A stretch of 64,000 bases of DNA. Origin: an uncultured Bacteroidales bacterium (GTDB lineage Bacteria; Bacteroidota; Bacteroidia; Bacteroidales; P3). The stretch covers positions 4,787 through 68,786 of the forward strand of contig CAMJJD010000002.1 in assembly GCA_946406015.1 (NCBI GenBank), given 5' to 3'. The translations under genes were made by a program, and so were the position numbers. The notes under the pieces are model-generated. The model made no database searches. It was given only the letters and a program-made list of their open reading frames with translations, and was not told the origin of the DNA. Positions 8,977 through 19,200 of this stretch are shown here, piece by piece (position 1 is the stretch's first letter; the number at the start of each line of letters is the position of its first letter).

Positions 8977-9864
8977 ATGAAACGATGGTTCGTATGGATA
9001 CTTATAGGCTGTGCGGCCGCGTCAGCGGCCGCACAGCAGAGCTCCCTGCTGCTGAGCGAGTTGCTCTTCCAACCCCGCAGCGGCGAGGCAGAATACATCG
9101 AGCTCTACAACCCCGGCGACACCCCGCTGCAACTGGCCGACTACCACATCGTGCGGGTGCTGCACGACAGTCTCGCCACCCACTATCCCCTGCCGACACA
9201 TACCGTCTCGCCACATACCTACGTGGCTCTGAGCAAAGACATCGCCTCGGTGCAAGCCTGCTACCACATCCAGCCCGGCGCAGTCCTGATTGAATGCAAC
9301 CTGCCGCCCTACCCCAACGACGGCGGCAGCGTCGTCGTCAGCACCGTCGACAGCACCGTCGTGGACCGGCTGGACTACAGCCCATCGATGCACAGCCGCC
9401 TGCTGCGCAACAAGGCGGGTGTCAGCCTGGAACGCCGCAGTTTCGACCGCCCCACCAACGAACCGTCCAACTGGTTCTCCGCCAGTTCGACCGCTGGCTA
9501 CGGCACCCCCGGATATACCAACTCACAGAGCACCGAATGGCTTGTAGAGGAGAATGCTTTTGAGTTCAGCTCCACCCTCGTCTCACCCGACGGCGACGGC
9601 TACCAGGACGAGTTGGAAATCACCTATCGTCTGGACGACGGCGATTTGGCCGCCCGCATCGAAGTCTACGATGTCCGCGGCCAACTGGTGCGACGCCTGC
9701 TGAACAATGCCTTGCTAGGCATCCACGGCACCCTTATCTGGGACGGCTGTGGCGAGAACGGACAACGGCTACCCGAGGGACAATACATCGTCCAAATCAT
9801 CGTCTATGACACCTCCGGCACCCGCCAAACCATCCGTCGTGCCGTCGCGATGGTGCTCCATTAA
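8977..9864 (+). CDS. secreted lamin-tail-domain (LTD) protein with C-terminal FlgD-Ig-like domain
   Basis: Signal peptide at MKRWFVWILIGCAAASAAAQ. The LTD signature is LSELLFQPRSGEAEYIELYNPG. The C-terminal region SPDGDGYQDE...WDGCGENGQRLPEGQY resembles a FlgD Ig-like domain. Confidence 0.7.
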   Translation: MKRWFVWILIGCAAASAAAQQSSLLLSELLFQPRSGEAEYIELYNPGDTPLQLADYHIVRVLHDSLATHYPLPTHTVSPHTYVALSKDIASVQACYHIQPGAVLIECNLPPYPNDGGSVVVSTVDSTVVDRLDYSPSMHSRLLRNKAGVSLERRSFDRPTNEPSNWFSASSTAGYGTPGYTNSQSTEWLVEENAFEFSSTLVSPDGDGYQDELEITYRLDDGDLAARIEVYDVRGQLVRRLLNNALLGIHGTLIWDGCGENGQRLPEGQYIVQIIVYDTSGTRQTIRRAVAMVLH

Positions 9865-9892
9865 CGACCGCTGATAGCCAATCAATTAATTA

Positions 9893-9942
9893 CAGTTCTT
9901 TAGGTGTTCTTTACAAAATCGTAAAGAACACCTAAAGAACTG
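9893..9942. terminator. perfect 22-bp-stem hairpin between convergent genes (bidirectional terminator candidate)
   Basis: cagttctttaggtgttctttac / aaaatc / gtaaagaacacctaaagaactg: perfect complementarity with a 6-nt loop. Confidence 0.75.
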
Positions 9943-9986
9943 CAAAACAACAGTAGCAGTAAAGAGGAGATACCTACTTTCCCAAC

Positions 9987-11942
9987 TTACTGATTCGAAG
10001 CAGGCTGGGCTGAGGTGTTAGGAGCATCCAACTGGCAGTAGACCGAGTTGTTGGAGCGGAACTCGGGCACGATGCTCTTCATCTTGGCGACAATCTTCAT
10101 ATCATCCATCGTCTCCAAGATGTCCCAAAGCTCACTATATTCGCGGTTCACCTCGTCGACAGGATAGCGCCGCACCTGGGCGTGCATAATCTTGGGATGG
10201 TAGGTGGGGATGGTGTTCTCCTTGGTGGCCAGCAGTTCCTCGTAGAGCTTCTCACCCGGCCGGAGGCCAATCTCCTTGATTTCAATACCCGAACGACCGG
10301 AGAGCTGTATCATCTTGCGGGCCATGTCGTAAATCTTGACCGGCTTGCCCATGTCGAAGACGAAGATGTCGCCGCCTTCACCCATGGCACCCGCCTCGAG
10401 CACCAGATTGCAGGCCTCGGGGATGGTCATGAAGAAACGGATGATATCTTTGTGCGTGACCGTCAGCGGGCCGCCGGCGGCAAGCTGCTTTTTGAAGAGC
10501 GGTATCACCGAGCCGTTGCTTCCCAGCACGTTGCCGAAGCGGGTGGTGACGAAGCGGGTCTGCTCGGTCGAGCGGCTCTGGATGTAAATCTCCGCCATGC
10601 GCTTGGTGGCACCCATGACGTTGGTGGGGTTGACGGCCTTGTCGGTCGAAATCATGACGAACTTCTGCACACCGTATTGGATGGAGAGGTCGGCCAGGTT
10701 GCGCGTGCCGAACACGTTGATATAGACCGCCTCGTAGGGGTTCTCCTCCATGAAGGGCACATGCTTGTAGGCAGCAGCATGGTAGACCAGCTGTGGATGG
10801 TATTCCTCGAAGACCTCTTCCATGCGGGCACGATCCTTGACATTGGCGATGACGAAGGCCATGCGGTCGAGCTGGCTGTTGTAGGTGTTGCGCATCTCAA
10901 ACTGCAGGTCGTACATCGGGCTTTCGGCCTGGTCGAGCATAACCACCTTGGCCGGCTGGTAGCGCATCAGCTGGCGGCATATCTCGCTGCCAATCGAGCC
11001 GGCGGCACCGGTGACCAGCACCACCTTGTCGACCACCTCGCGCACAATATTGACGTTGTCCATCTTGATGGGCTCGCGCTCGAGGAGGTCCTCAATCTTG
11101 ATGTCTTCAATCTGGTTGGCCGAGAAAGAGCCGTTGAGCCACATGCTGACATGGGGCGTGGCCTTGACGGTGAGTCCCAGGTCGAGGGCGCGGTTGGTGA
11201 TGGCCTGTTTGTGCATCGTGCGGATGGTCGGGATGGCTATAATCAGCTGGCTGACATTCTTCTGTTTGACAAACTTCGGCTCCAGCACATTGCGCACGCG
11301 CATCACCGGCACGCCGTTGAGGGCTTGGTTCACCTTCGACATGTCGTCGTCGATATAAGCCACCACGCGATACTCAGTGTGGACATCCTGCTGGAGGGCG
11401 TTGTAGGCGATGATACCGGCCGCACCGGCGCCGTAGATGACCACGTTCACCTCGGGACGGCGACGGCGGAAGTAGTCGTTATAGATGCGCTGCAAAGTCA
11501 ATCGCTCGAGAATCATCAACACCGCCAAAAGCGAATAGACCATGAATATCTCGCGGTAGGCAAGAAGCCACTGTGCGGGGACTGTCTGCGGCTCGAACTG
11601 GTTGTTCAAGAAGTTGACTATGATATAAAACACCGCCACACCGATACATGCGAGCAACACTCTCCAGATGTCGCTCATGCCTGCATGACGGATAATGCCC
11701 CGGTAGGAACCGGACAGCAGGAAGGCCAGCAGCGTAAGTATCAGCGCCAGCACAAACTTAATCATCAACGCATTGATGGTAATATCATCACCACGGTTGG
11801 CCACATAGTGGAACAGCACCGTCACCGTGAAGGCGATGAGGAACAGCAGTACGTCGAATAGGAATATCACCCATTGCGACACCGTCGAGTGACGGTATTT
11901 CTTCACCAAGTTAAACGTATAACGCTTGATAGGATTTTCCAT
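9987..11942 (-). CDS. membrane-bound polysaccharide biosynthesis protein, CapD/WbpM-type nucleotide-sugar 4,6-dehydratase
   Basis: 651 aa with N-terminal TM helices and two Rossmann regions (YGAGAAG and VTGAAGSIG). Typical CapD/PglF/WbpM architecture. Confidence 0.88.
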   Translation of the reverse strand: MENPIKRYTFNLVKKYRHSTVSQWVIFLFDVLLFLIAFTVTVLFHYVANRGDDITINALMIKFVLALILTLLAFLLSGSYRGIIRHAGMSDIWRVLLACIGVAVFYIIVNFLNNQFEPQTVPAQWLLAYREIFMVYSLLAVLMILERLTLQRIYNDYFRRRRPEVNVVIYGAGAAGIIAYNALQQDVHTEYRVVAYIDDDMSKVNQALNGVPVMRVRNVLEPKFVKQKNVSQLIIAIPTIRTMHKQAITNRALDLGLTVKATPHVSMWLNGSFSANQIEDIKIEDLLEREPIKMDNVNIVREVVDKVVLVTGAAGSIGSEICRQLMRYQPAKVVMLDQAESPMYDLQFEMRNTYNSQLDRMAFVIANVKDRARMEEVFEEYHPQLVYHAAAYKHVPFMEENPYEAVYINVFGTRNLADLSIQYGVQKFVMISTDKAVNPTNVMGATKRMAEIYIQSRSTEQTRFVTTRFGNVLGSNGSVIPLFKKQLAAGGPLTVTHKDIIRFFMTIPEACNLVLEAGAMGEGGDIFVFDMGKPVKIYDMARKMIQLSGRSGIEIKEIGLRPGEKLYEELLATKENTIPTYHPKIMHAQVRRYPVDEVNREYSELWDILETMDDMKIVAKMKSIVPEFRSNNSVYCQLDAPNTSAQPASNQ

Positions 11943-11954
11943 ATCTGTTGATTT

Positions 11955-13217
11955 TTATAGTCTTGCATCAATGATTTCACGAGGCAGGATGCCTTTGACG
12001 TCGTAGATGACGCCGGGTTGCGGCACCATTGCCCTGAGGTCGAGCGCGCGGAACTGGTCGTGCGCTACAGCGAGGATGGCGGCATCGAACGGCCCTTCCG
12101 GACAGCAGTCGCTGACCATCGGCCACCGGCCGCTCTTCACCCAGGGGTCATATACGGTAATGTCGGAGGTGTACTCCCGCAGGGTGTGGTAGATGTCTAT
12201 CACCTTGGTATTGCGGGTGTCGGGACAGTTCTCCTTGAAGGTGAAGCCCAGAATGAGGATGCGGCTGTCCTTGACCGGCACCCCCTTGAGGTTCATCTGG
12301 CGGATGGTTTGATTGGCTACATAGGTACCCATCGAGTTGTTCAGACGACGGGCGTTGCTCATCACGCGCGGCAGCACGCCGTAGAGCTGCGAGCGCTCGA
12401 TGAGGTAGTAGGGGTCGACCGAGATGCAATGGCCGCCCACCAGGCCGGGCTGCATCGGGATGAAGTTCCACTTGCTGGCGGCAGCCTCCAACACGTCGCG
12501 CGTGTCGATGCCCATGGCGTTGAATATCTTGGCCAGCTCGTTGACGAAGGCGATATTGACGTCGCGCTGCGAGTTCTCGATGATTTTCGAGGCCTCGGCC
12601 ACCTTGATGCTCGGGGCGCGGTGGGTGCCGTTCAGCAGAACGCTGTTGTAGAGCCGGTCGATGAGGTCGGCCGCCTCGGGCGTGGAACCCGATGTGACTT
12701 TCTTGATATGTTCCACGGTGTGCTTCTTGTCGCCCGGGTTGATACGCTCGGGCGAGTAGCCGCCGTAGAAGTCTTTGTTCAACGTGAGGCCGCTGACCTT
12801 TTCCACCACCGGCAGGCAGGACTCCTCGGTGACGCCGGGGTAGACGGTGCTCTCGTAAACCACGATACCGCCCCGTCGTATGGCTCGTCCCACCACCTTG
12901 GAAGCGCCCACGAGCGGACGCAGGTCAGGACGGTTGTTGTCGTCGACCGGCGTAGGCACGGCCACGATATAGACGTTACAGTCCTTTATCTCCGCCTCGT
13001 CGGCGGTGCAGCGGAAACCATGTTTGTCTATGGCCTCATGCAGCAAGGCGTCGTCCACCTCGAAGGTGTCGTCGTGTCCCTGCATCAAACGCGCCACGCG
13101 GTCGGCCTTGAGGTCGAAACCCACAGTGGGATACTTGGTGGAGAAGAGACGCGCCAGCGGCAGGCCCACATAGCCGAGGCCCACCACGCAGATACGTATA
13201 TCACTCAGGTTCATCAT
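11955..13217 (-). CDS. UDP-N-acetyl-hexosamine (nucleotide-sugar) 6-dehydrogenase, TviB/WbpO/CapL-like
   Basis: N-terminal ICVVGLGYVGLPLA Rossmann motif and the GGHCI catalytic Cys motif. The start ATGATG at 13217/13214 overlaps the rfbD stop (ATGATGA). Confidence 0.85.
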   Translation of the reverse strand: MMNLSDIRICVVGLGYVGLPLARLFSTKYPTVGFDLKADRVARLMQGHDDTFEVDDALLHEAIDKHGFRCTADEAEIKDCNVYIVAVPTPVDDNNRPDLRPLVGASKVVGRAIRRGGIVVYESTVYPGVTEESCLPVVEKVSGLTLNKDFYGGYSPERINPGDKKHTVEHIKKVTSGSTPEAADLIDRLYNSVLLNGTHRAPSIKVAEASKIIENSQRDVNIAFVNELAKIFNAMGIDTRDVLEAAASKWNFIPMQPGLVGGHCISVDPYYLIERSQLYGVLPRVMSNARRLNNSMGTYVANQTIRQMNLKGVPVKDSRILILGFTFKENCPDTRNTKVIDIYHTLREYTSDITVYDPWVKSGRWPMVSDCCPEGPFDAAILAVAHDQFRALDLRAMVPQPGVIYDVKGILPREIIDARL

Positions 13218-14071
13218 ACAGCAAGATTGTTTAAGCACCGTCGCACACCGTCGGTCCAATAGGGTATTTCTTGGTGGAAAGTCTGCTTGAAGAGCGTCTT
13301 GTCGAGCACCGAATAGGCCGGGCGTTTGACCGGCGAGGGGTATTCGTCGCTATGGCACGGAAGTATGCGGCAGGCGGTATGCCCGCTCTGACGGGCTATC
13401 TCGTGGGTGAAGTCGTACCAGCTGCAGACACCCTCGTTGGCGAAATGGTAGACGCCCTCGTGCTCCGCATAGTCGCCGCTCTCGATAATCTTGAACACCG
13501 CCTGCGCCAGGTCGCCGGCATAGGTGGGCGTGCCCACCTGGTCGAAGACCACCCGCAGCTCCGGCTTCTCGGCCGTGAGGCGCAGCATGGTGAGCAGGAA
13601 ATTCTTTCCATACTCGCTGTAGAGCCACGAGGTGCGGAATATCAGATGACGGCAACGGCAGGCGGCCTGTTCGCCGGCCAGCTTGGTGCGCCCATAGGCG
13701 CCGGTGGGATTGGCAGGCTCCTGCTCGGTGCAGGGGGTGTTGTTGCGGTTGCCGCCGAAGACATAGTCGGTGGAGAAGTGTATCAGCGTGCCCCCCACCC
13801 TGTGCATGGCGTCGGCCATGATGCCCACGGCATCGGCGTTGATGCGGAGCGCTGTGGCCTCGTCGCTCTCGGCGCGGTCCACATTGGTGTAGGCGGCACA
13901 GTTGACGATGAGCCGCACGGCGTGGCTGTCGACAAACGAGTTCACGGCGCCGGCGTCGGTGATGTCCAGTTCCTCCACATCGGTGAAGCACCAGTCGTGC
14001 CGCGACTGCGGGGAGAGCAACCGGAAGTGTGTGCCCAGCTGGCCATTGGCGCCTGTGACAAGTATATTCAT
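13214..14071 (-). CDS. rfbD: dTDP-4-dehydrorhamnose reductase
   Basis: 285 aa with [13 protein letters not shown], the YRTSWLY region, and full-length RmlD similarity. Confidence 0.9.
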   Translation of the reverse strand: MNILVTGANGQLGTHFRLLSPQSRHDWCFTDVEELDITDAGAVNSFVDSHAVRLIVNCAAYTNVDRAESDEATALRINADAVGIMADAMHRVGGTLIHFSTDYVFGGNRNNTPCTEQEPANPTGAYGRTKLAGEQAACRCRHLIFRTSWLYSEYGKNFLLTMLRLTAEKPELRVVFDQVGTPTYAGDLAQAVFKIIESGDYAEHEGVYHFANEGVCSWYDFTHEIARQSGHTACRILPCHSDEYPSPVKRPAYSVLDKTLFKQTFHQEIPYWTDGVRRCLNNLAV

Positions 14072-14625
14072 TCGAAGGGGGTGATAAAGTCTTTAAACAA
14101 TGGGGGATGGCGGTCCTTGTCGGAGAGGATGACCTTGTCGGCGGGCACCTGCCAGTCGATGGCCAGCGTGGGGTCGTCCCACGCGATGGCGCCTTCGCTC
14201 TCGGGATGGTAGAGGTTGTCGCACTTGTATTGGAACACAGCCGACTCGCTCAATACGGCAAAGCCGTGGGCCATGCCCTGCGGCAGGTAGAACTGGCGAT
14301 GATTGTCGGCGCTGAGCTCGGTGGCCACATAGCGGCCATAGGTGGGGCTGCCCTTGCGGATGTCGACCGCCACGTCGAGCACACGTCCTTCCACCACACG
14401 CACCAGCTTGGATTGCGCATAGGGAGGACGCTGGAAATGCAAGCCGCGCACCACGCCGTAGCACGAGCGCGACTCGTTGTCCTGCACGAAAGTGACGTCG
14501 GCCACCTCGCCGAAGTCGCGGGCGTTGTAACTCTCGAAGAAATAGCCGCGTGCATCGCCGAACACCCGTGGCTCGATGATGACAACGCCCTCAATATCTG
14601 TCTTGATTACGTTCATCTCAGTCAA
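14068..14625 (-). CDS. rfbC: dTDP-4-dehydrorhamnose 3,5-epimerase
   Basis: 185-aa cupin with [10 protein letters not shown] and RGLHFQ motifs. Confidence 0.92.
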   Translation of the reverse strand: MTEMNVIKTDIEGVVIIEPRVFGDARGYFFESYNARDFGEVADVTFVQDNESRSCYGVVRGLHFQRPPYAQSKLVRVVEGRVLDVAVDIRKGSPTYGRYVATELSADNHRQFYLPQGMAHGFAVLSESAVFQYKCDNLYHPESEGAIAWDDPTLAIDWQVPADKVILSDKDRHPPLFKDFITPFE

Positions 14626-15490
14626 TCAGCTTCATCAGGTACTGCCCATATTGGTTCTTGATCATAGGTTGGGCCACCCGGCGGATGTCGTCGTCCGAGA
14701 GCCAGCCGTTCTCGTAGCCGATGCTCTCGAGGCAGGCCACCTTCAGCCCTTGGCGCTTCTCGATGACCTCGATGAAAGTGGAGGCCTCGGCCAGCGAGTC
14801 GTGCGTGCCGGTGTCGAGCCAGGCAAAGCCGCGACCCATCAGCTGGACACTCAACTCGCCATCCTGCAGAAACACCTGGTTGACAGAGGTAATCTCCAGC
14901 TCGCCACGTGCCGACGGCTTGATGCTCTTGGCCACCTGCACCACCTTGTTGGGGTAGAAATAGAGGCCCACGACGGCATAGTTCGACTTGGGTTCCTTCG
15001 GTTTCTCCTCGATGCTGAGCACCCGGCCCTCAGCGTCGAACTCGGCCACACCGTAGCGCTCGGGGTCGGCCACCCAATAGCCGAAGACGGTGGCGCGACG
15101 GTCAACCTCGACATTGTACACCGCCTGGCGCAGCATACGTCCCAGGCCGTTGCCATGGAAGATGTTGTCGCCCAGCACCAAACAGACGTCATCGTCGCCA
15201 ATGAACTCCTCGCCGATGATGAAAGCCTGCGCCAACCCGTCAGGGCTCGGCTGCTCGGCATAAGAGAAGCGCACGCCGAAGTCCGACCCATCGCCCAGCA
15301 GACGACGGAAGCCGGGCAAGTCGTGCGGCGTGGAGATAATCAAAATGTCACGGATGCCAGCCAGCATCAAGACACTGATGGGATAATACACCATCGGTTT
15401 GTCGTAGATGGGCAAAAGCTGTTTGCTCACCCCCTTGGTGATGGGGTAAAGACGGGTGCCGGAACCGCCGGCCAATACAATGCCTTTCAT
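14618..15490 (-). CDS. rfbA: glucose-1-phosphate thymidylyltransferase
   Basis: 290 aa with [18 protein letters not shown] and strong RmlA similarity throughout. Confidence 0.95.
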   Translation of the reverse strand: MKGIVLAGGSGTRLYPITKGVSKQLLPIYDKPMVYYPISVLMLAGIRDILIISTPHDLPGFRRLLGDGSDFGVRFSYAEQPSPDGLAQAFIIGEEFIGDDDVCLVLGDNIFHGNGLGRMLRQAVYNVEVDRRATVFGYWVADPERYGVAEFDAEGRVLSIEEKPKEPKSNYAVVGLYFYPNKVVQVAKSIKPSARGELEITSVNQVFLQDGELSVQLMGRGFAWLDTGTHDSLAEASTFIEVIEKRQGLKVACLESIGYENGWLSDDDIRRVAQPMIKNQYGQYLMKLID

Positions 15491-15568
15491 CGATAGTCAA
15501 TAATTATTTCTCCCGTTCTATCTCATACACAAATACTTAACTAAAATACCTCTCACAAACGGGTTTTG

Positions 15569-15576
15569 CAAAGATA
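15569..15576 (-). promoter_or_regulatory. -7 promoter box (TATCTTTG on the minus strand) for the rfbA operon
   Basis: The reverse complement of caaagata matches TAnnTTTG, about 80 nt upstream of the rfbA ATG. Confidence 0.5.
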
Positions 15577-15730
15577 CAATTTTAAAACAAAATAACAAAA
15601 TAAAAAGCGGATTTCCTTCAAAAAGGAGCCTCGCTGCCACAAGACATACGAGTCCGAAATACGAAATTAAATCGTGCACGACCTATCGAAGGCTCACCAC
15701 CCAAGAACCACCATAGCAACACCGGCTCGA

Positions 15731-15803
15731 CTCCGTAGTTTGTCCGTGCGCAGTCGGACCATCCTCGGAGTTGTTACGGAGATACTACGGAGAAACTACG
15801 GAG
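15731..15803. repeat. seven 11-bp-phased CGGAG-type half-sites (2 inverted + 5 direct)
   Basis: ctccgt 15731 and gtccgt 15742 are in inverted orientation. tcggac 15754, tcggag 15765 and acggag 15776, 15787, 15798 are in direct orientation. Confidence 0.8.
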
Positions 15804-15933
15804 ACGCTGCATTCAGAACACTGATTATCATTCGTTTACAGATAAGCAAATCACTATAAATGCTCTTTTTCAGGACTTTAATCCCACAAACGTCCTATTG
15901 CTTCCTTGCGACAAATGACATCGAGAGGGGTGT

Positions 15934-15962
15934 TTTGAGCATGTTCGAAGGACTTAATTTTG
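15934..15962 (+). promoter_or_regulatory. Bacteroides-type promoter inside cassette A (TTTG -33 element plus TAATTTTG -7 box) facing wza
   Basis: TTTG at 15934-15937, a 17-nt spacer, then TAATTTTG at 15955-15962, which ends 10 nt before the right repeat. Confidence 0.5.
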
Positions 15963-16227
15963 GTTAATTACATCGTGCACGATTTATTTACAACCAGTCG
16001 GAAGCCAGACGGTTTTCCCGCCGACTTGCCGACGAAACGGTTTTTGACGACGGAGACGACAGAGGGGACATTTTGCCTTCCGGGCGTCTGCCGGCGCTCT
16101 TTTTTGCAACAGAAAAGCGCTATCGGCATGCGAAAAGAGGTCGCCACAACGCACGGAATATCAATGATATTATGATATACGCGTGCGGAATATTGCTTTT
16201 TTTCATTGCCGATTAGGAAAATAGTCG

Positions 16228-16235
16228 TATCTTTG
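16228..16235 (+). promoter_or_regulatory. -7 promoter box (TATCTTTG) proximal to wza
   Basis: Exact TAnnTTTG, 27 nt upstream of the ATG at 16263. Confidence 0.55.
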
Positions 16236-16262
16236 CAGTTCAAAATACTAAAGTAAACCGAC

Positions 16263-19200
16263 ATGATGAAGAAATCGTTATTACTGGCTCTGATGTTCTT
16301 TGCGCTGCTGCCGCTTTCGCTGATGGCACAGGCGCCCAACATGATGGCCATGGCCCAAGCCGAACTACAGAAACGTGGACTCAACGAAGCCGAGGTGCGT
16401 AGCCGCCTGCTGTCGGAGGGTATCGATGTGGACAACATCCCGCCCACCGAGTATGCCAACTACCAGTCGCGCGTCACCGACATCCTGAATAAGATGCAGG
16501 CCGAGAAAGCAGCCCAGAAGGCCGCCACCGCCGAGGCCAATCCTGCGGCTCCGGCCGTGAACACCTCGTCGCTCGACGCCTCCACGCCGACTTCGAGCGG
16601 GACGAACATCATCGCCACCGCAGCCAGCGAGGCACAGACGCCCAACGAATTTCCGCAAACCACTGCAGGTGAGGCCGCTGCCGAGGAAGCCCTCGAGGAG
16701 ACGCTGAAAGAGAACAATGTCTCCACCACCGCCGGCGACGATATCTACGGCCACGCCCTCTTCACCGGCACCTCGATGGATGTGTTCCGCACCACCGACG
16801 GCGCCCAAGCCCCCGACACCTATGTGCTGGGTGAAGGCGACGAGGTGCACATCTCCATCTTCGGCTCGTCGCAGACCGAGATACATCAACGCATAGCCCC
16901 TGACGGCAGCATCCAGCCTGCCGGCGCAGCCAAGATATTCCTCAAGGGCATGACGCTGGCCCAAGGCCGTCAGGCCATCCAGAACAAGCTGAGCCAGCAC
17001 TACGCTTTCCGTCCCGACCAGATTGCCGTCACCCTCACCACGGCGCGCACCATCAACGTGAGCATCTACGGCGAGGTGGGCGTGCAGGGCGGCTTCACCC
17101 TCTCGGCCCTCAACACGGCCTTCAACGCCCTGGCGGCCGCCGGCGGCCCCACGGCCATCGGTTCCATCCGTAACATCCAGCGTTCGCGCGGCGGCAAGAC
17201 CGACCGACTGGACCTCTACCAGTTTATGACGGGCAACACCAAGAACGTGATGTTCGACCTGCAGAACGGCGACGTGCTCTTCGTCCCGGTGGCCAACAAC
17301 ATCGTGCGCATCGAAGGTGCCGTGCGCCGTCCCATGCGCTACGAAATGATTGAAGGCGAGACCCTCAAGGAGCTCATCGAGTATGCCGGCGGCCTCACCT
17401 ATGACGTCTATCCCGACTTCATCCAGATTGAGCGCCGTCAGAACGACGAGCTGAAATACCTGGAGTTCAACCTCGACGAGGTGATGTCGGGCAAGTCGAA
17501 GGTGCACCTCGAGGGCGGCGACGTGGTCCGCATCAAGACCTCGAACCGTCCGATGGAGAACTACGTCTCCATCCGCGGCGATGTCTACTATGGCGGCAAC
17601 TTCGACCTGGAGAAGAACAGCAGCCTCAAGACCCTCATCGACAAGGCTCAGCTGAAATACACGGCCCGCAAGGACTATGTCATCGTGGAGCGCACTAGCC
17701 CCGATGAGACGGTCGAGTTCCTCACCATCCCCTTCCCCGGCGAGAACGGCAACCCCGACTTCAAGCTGCAGGCCCGCGATGTCATCACGGTGCTCGCACA
17801 GGACAGCTACCTTGAGAAATGGACCGTCTCGGTCGACGGCGAAGTGCGCAACCCCTTCAGCCGCACCTTCGGTCTCAACGACCAGATGACCTTGGGCCAG
17901 GCCCTCGAATATGCCGGTGGACCCAGCCATTCGGCCCGTACCGACTATGTCTATGTGGAGCGCACCCGTCCCGACCTGACGGTCGAGGTGCTCACGCTCC
18001 CCTTCCCCACGCCTGAAAGCGAGTCGTTCAACTTCAAGTTGCAGGCCAGAGACAAGGTCCGCGTGCTCAGCCTCGCGTCGTTCCGCGATGTGGACGAGAT
18101 TTCCGTCCAAGGCCAGGTCCGCGCCCCCTTCACCCGCACCTTCAGCCTGAACGACCGCATGACAGTGAGTCAGGCCATCGAATACGCCCACGGCCTCAAG
18201 CAGAGCGTCTTCCCCGTGGCCTACATCGTCCGCCGCGACCTGACGAACCCCGTCAAACGCCAGTACATCCGTGTGGACCTTGACAAGGACGGCGAGACCT
18301 TGCTGCAGCCGGGCGACCGTCTGAACATCTACGACAACACCACCTACACCAACGTGGGTGAGGTGCGTGTGAGCGGCGCCGTGAAGAACCCCGTGGGAAC
18401 CACCTTCGACCCCTCGCTCACCGTGCACGACCTGCTGCTTATGGCCGGCGGCTTTGAAGTAGGCGCTGCCTATGACCGCGTGGAAGTGTTCCGCGTAAAC
18501 ATCGACAAGAAAGAAGAGGTGAAACTGGAGCAGATTACCCTGCATGTGGACGACAACTACAACCTCATCGAGGACAAGAAGGGTCCCAAGGACTTCCAGC
18601 TGCAGCCCTACGACCACATCGTGGTGCGTATGACCCCCAACTACACCAAAGGCCGCACGGTCGAGGTGAACGGCCGCGTCCGCTATCCTGGCGTCTACGT
18701 GCTCGAAGACAACAAGACCCAGCTGTGGGAAGTCATCAAGATGGCCGGCGGCCTGCTCGACGATGCCGACCCCTATTGCCGTCTGATGCGTACCCAGGGC
18801 CGCAATATCGGCAATATTGGTTTGAATCTCAAGAATGTGAAAAAACATCGTGGGCAGCTCAAACATGACCCCATCCTAATGGACGGCGACGTCATCAATA
18901 TCGTACGCCGTGAGAATACCGTCAAGATTCGCGAAACCGGCACGCTGATGGCTCAGTATGTACCGGAGGAATACTCCTCGACAGAGAAAGTGCTGGTATA
19001 CCAAGGCCGTCACACCGCCGCTTGGTATGTGAAACATTTCGCCGGCGGATTCGACAAGTATGCCAACCGCAAGAGTGTCACAGTAACCTATCCCAACAAC
19101 CAGTCGGATGGTACCAAATACTTCCTCTTCTTCCGCCACACTCCCAGAGTGGAGCCCGGTGGCGTGATTACCATGCAGATGAATACCCAGAAGAAGATTG

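Larger units (their letters stand above)
15663..15991. promoter_or_regulatory. cassette A: 329-bp segment bounded by 19-bp imperfect inverted repeats (candidate invertible promoter / regulatory switch)
   Basis: Left repeat gaaattaaatcgtgcacga (15663-15681). The reverse complement of the right repeat (15973-15991) is gtaaataaatcgtgcacga. That is 17/19 matches with a 14-bp perfect core. The core ATCGTGCACGAT is itself a palindrome. Confidence 0.5.

Noticed and set aside
10182-11861. 559-aa plus-strand ORF opposite the CapD-like gene. The same class includes 12018-13262, 13271-14212, 14576-15496, 21789-22865, 22865-24148, 1257-2306, 25264-25959 and 26158-26967.
   Set aside because: All are mirror ORFs of confidently identified genes on the other strand, and none has recognisable domains.
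9987-15490. Expectation of a complete rmlABCD set
   Set aside because: Only rfbA, rfbC and rfbD are present. No dTDP-glucose 4,6-dehydratase (rmlB) ORF exists in this window. It is presumably encoded elsewhere and is not reported as a feature.
15674-16459. Short ORFs inside and next to cassette A (15674-15859 +, 15960-16175 +, 15968-16459 -)
   Set aside because: They overlap each other and the repeat and promoter elements, and the last runs antisense into wza. No coding signal is recognisable.
16365-18866. 833-aa ORF on the minus strand, antisense to the wza-like gene
   Set aside because: It lies entirely inside a plus-strand gene that has clear Wza/SLBB features. The product is a low-complexity Gly/Ala/Val/His/Asp-rich sequence with no motifs. 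Long antisense ORFs are the expected by-product of GC-rich third codon positions.
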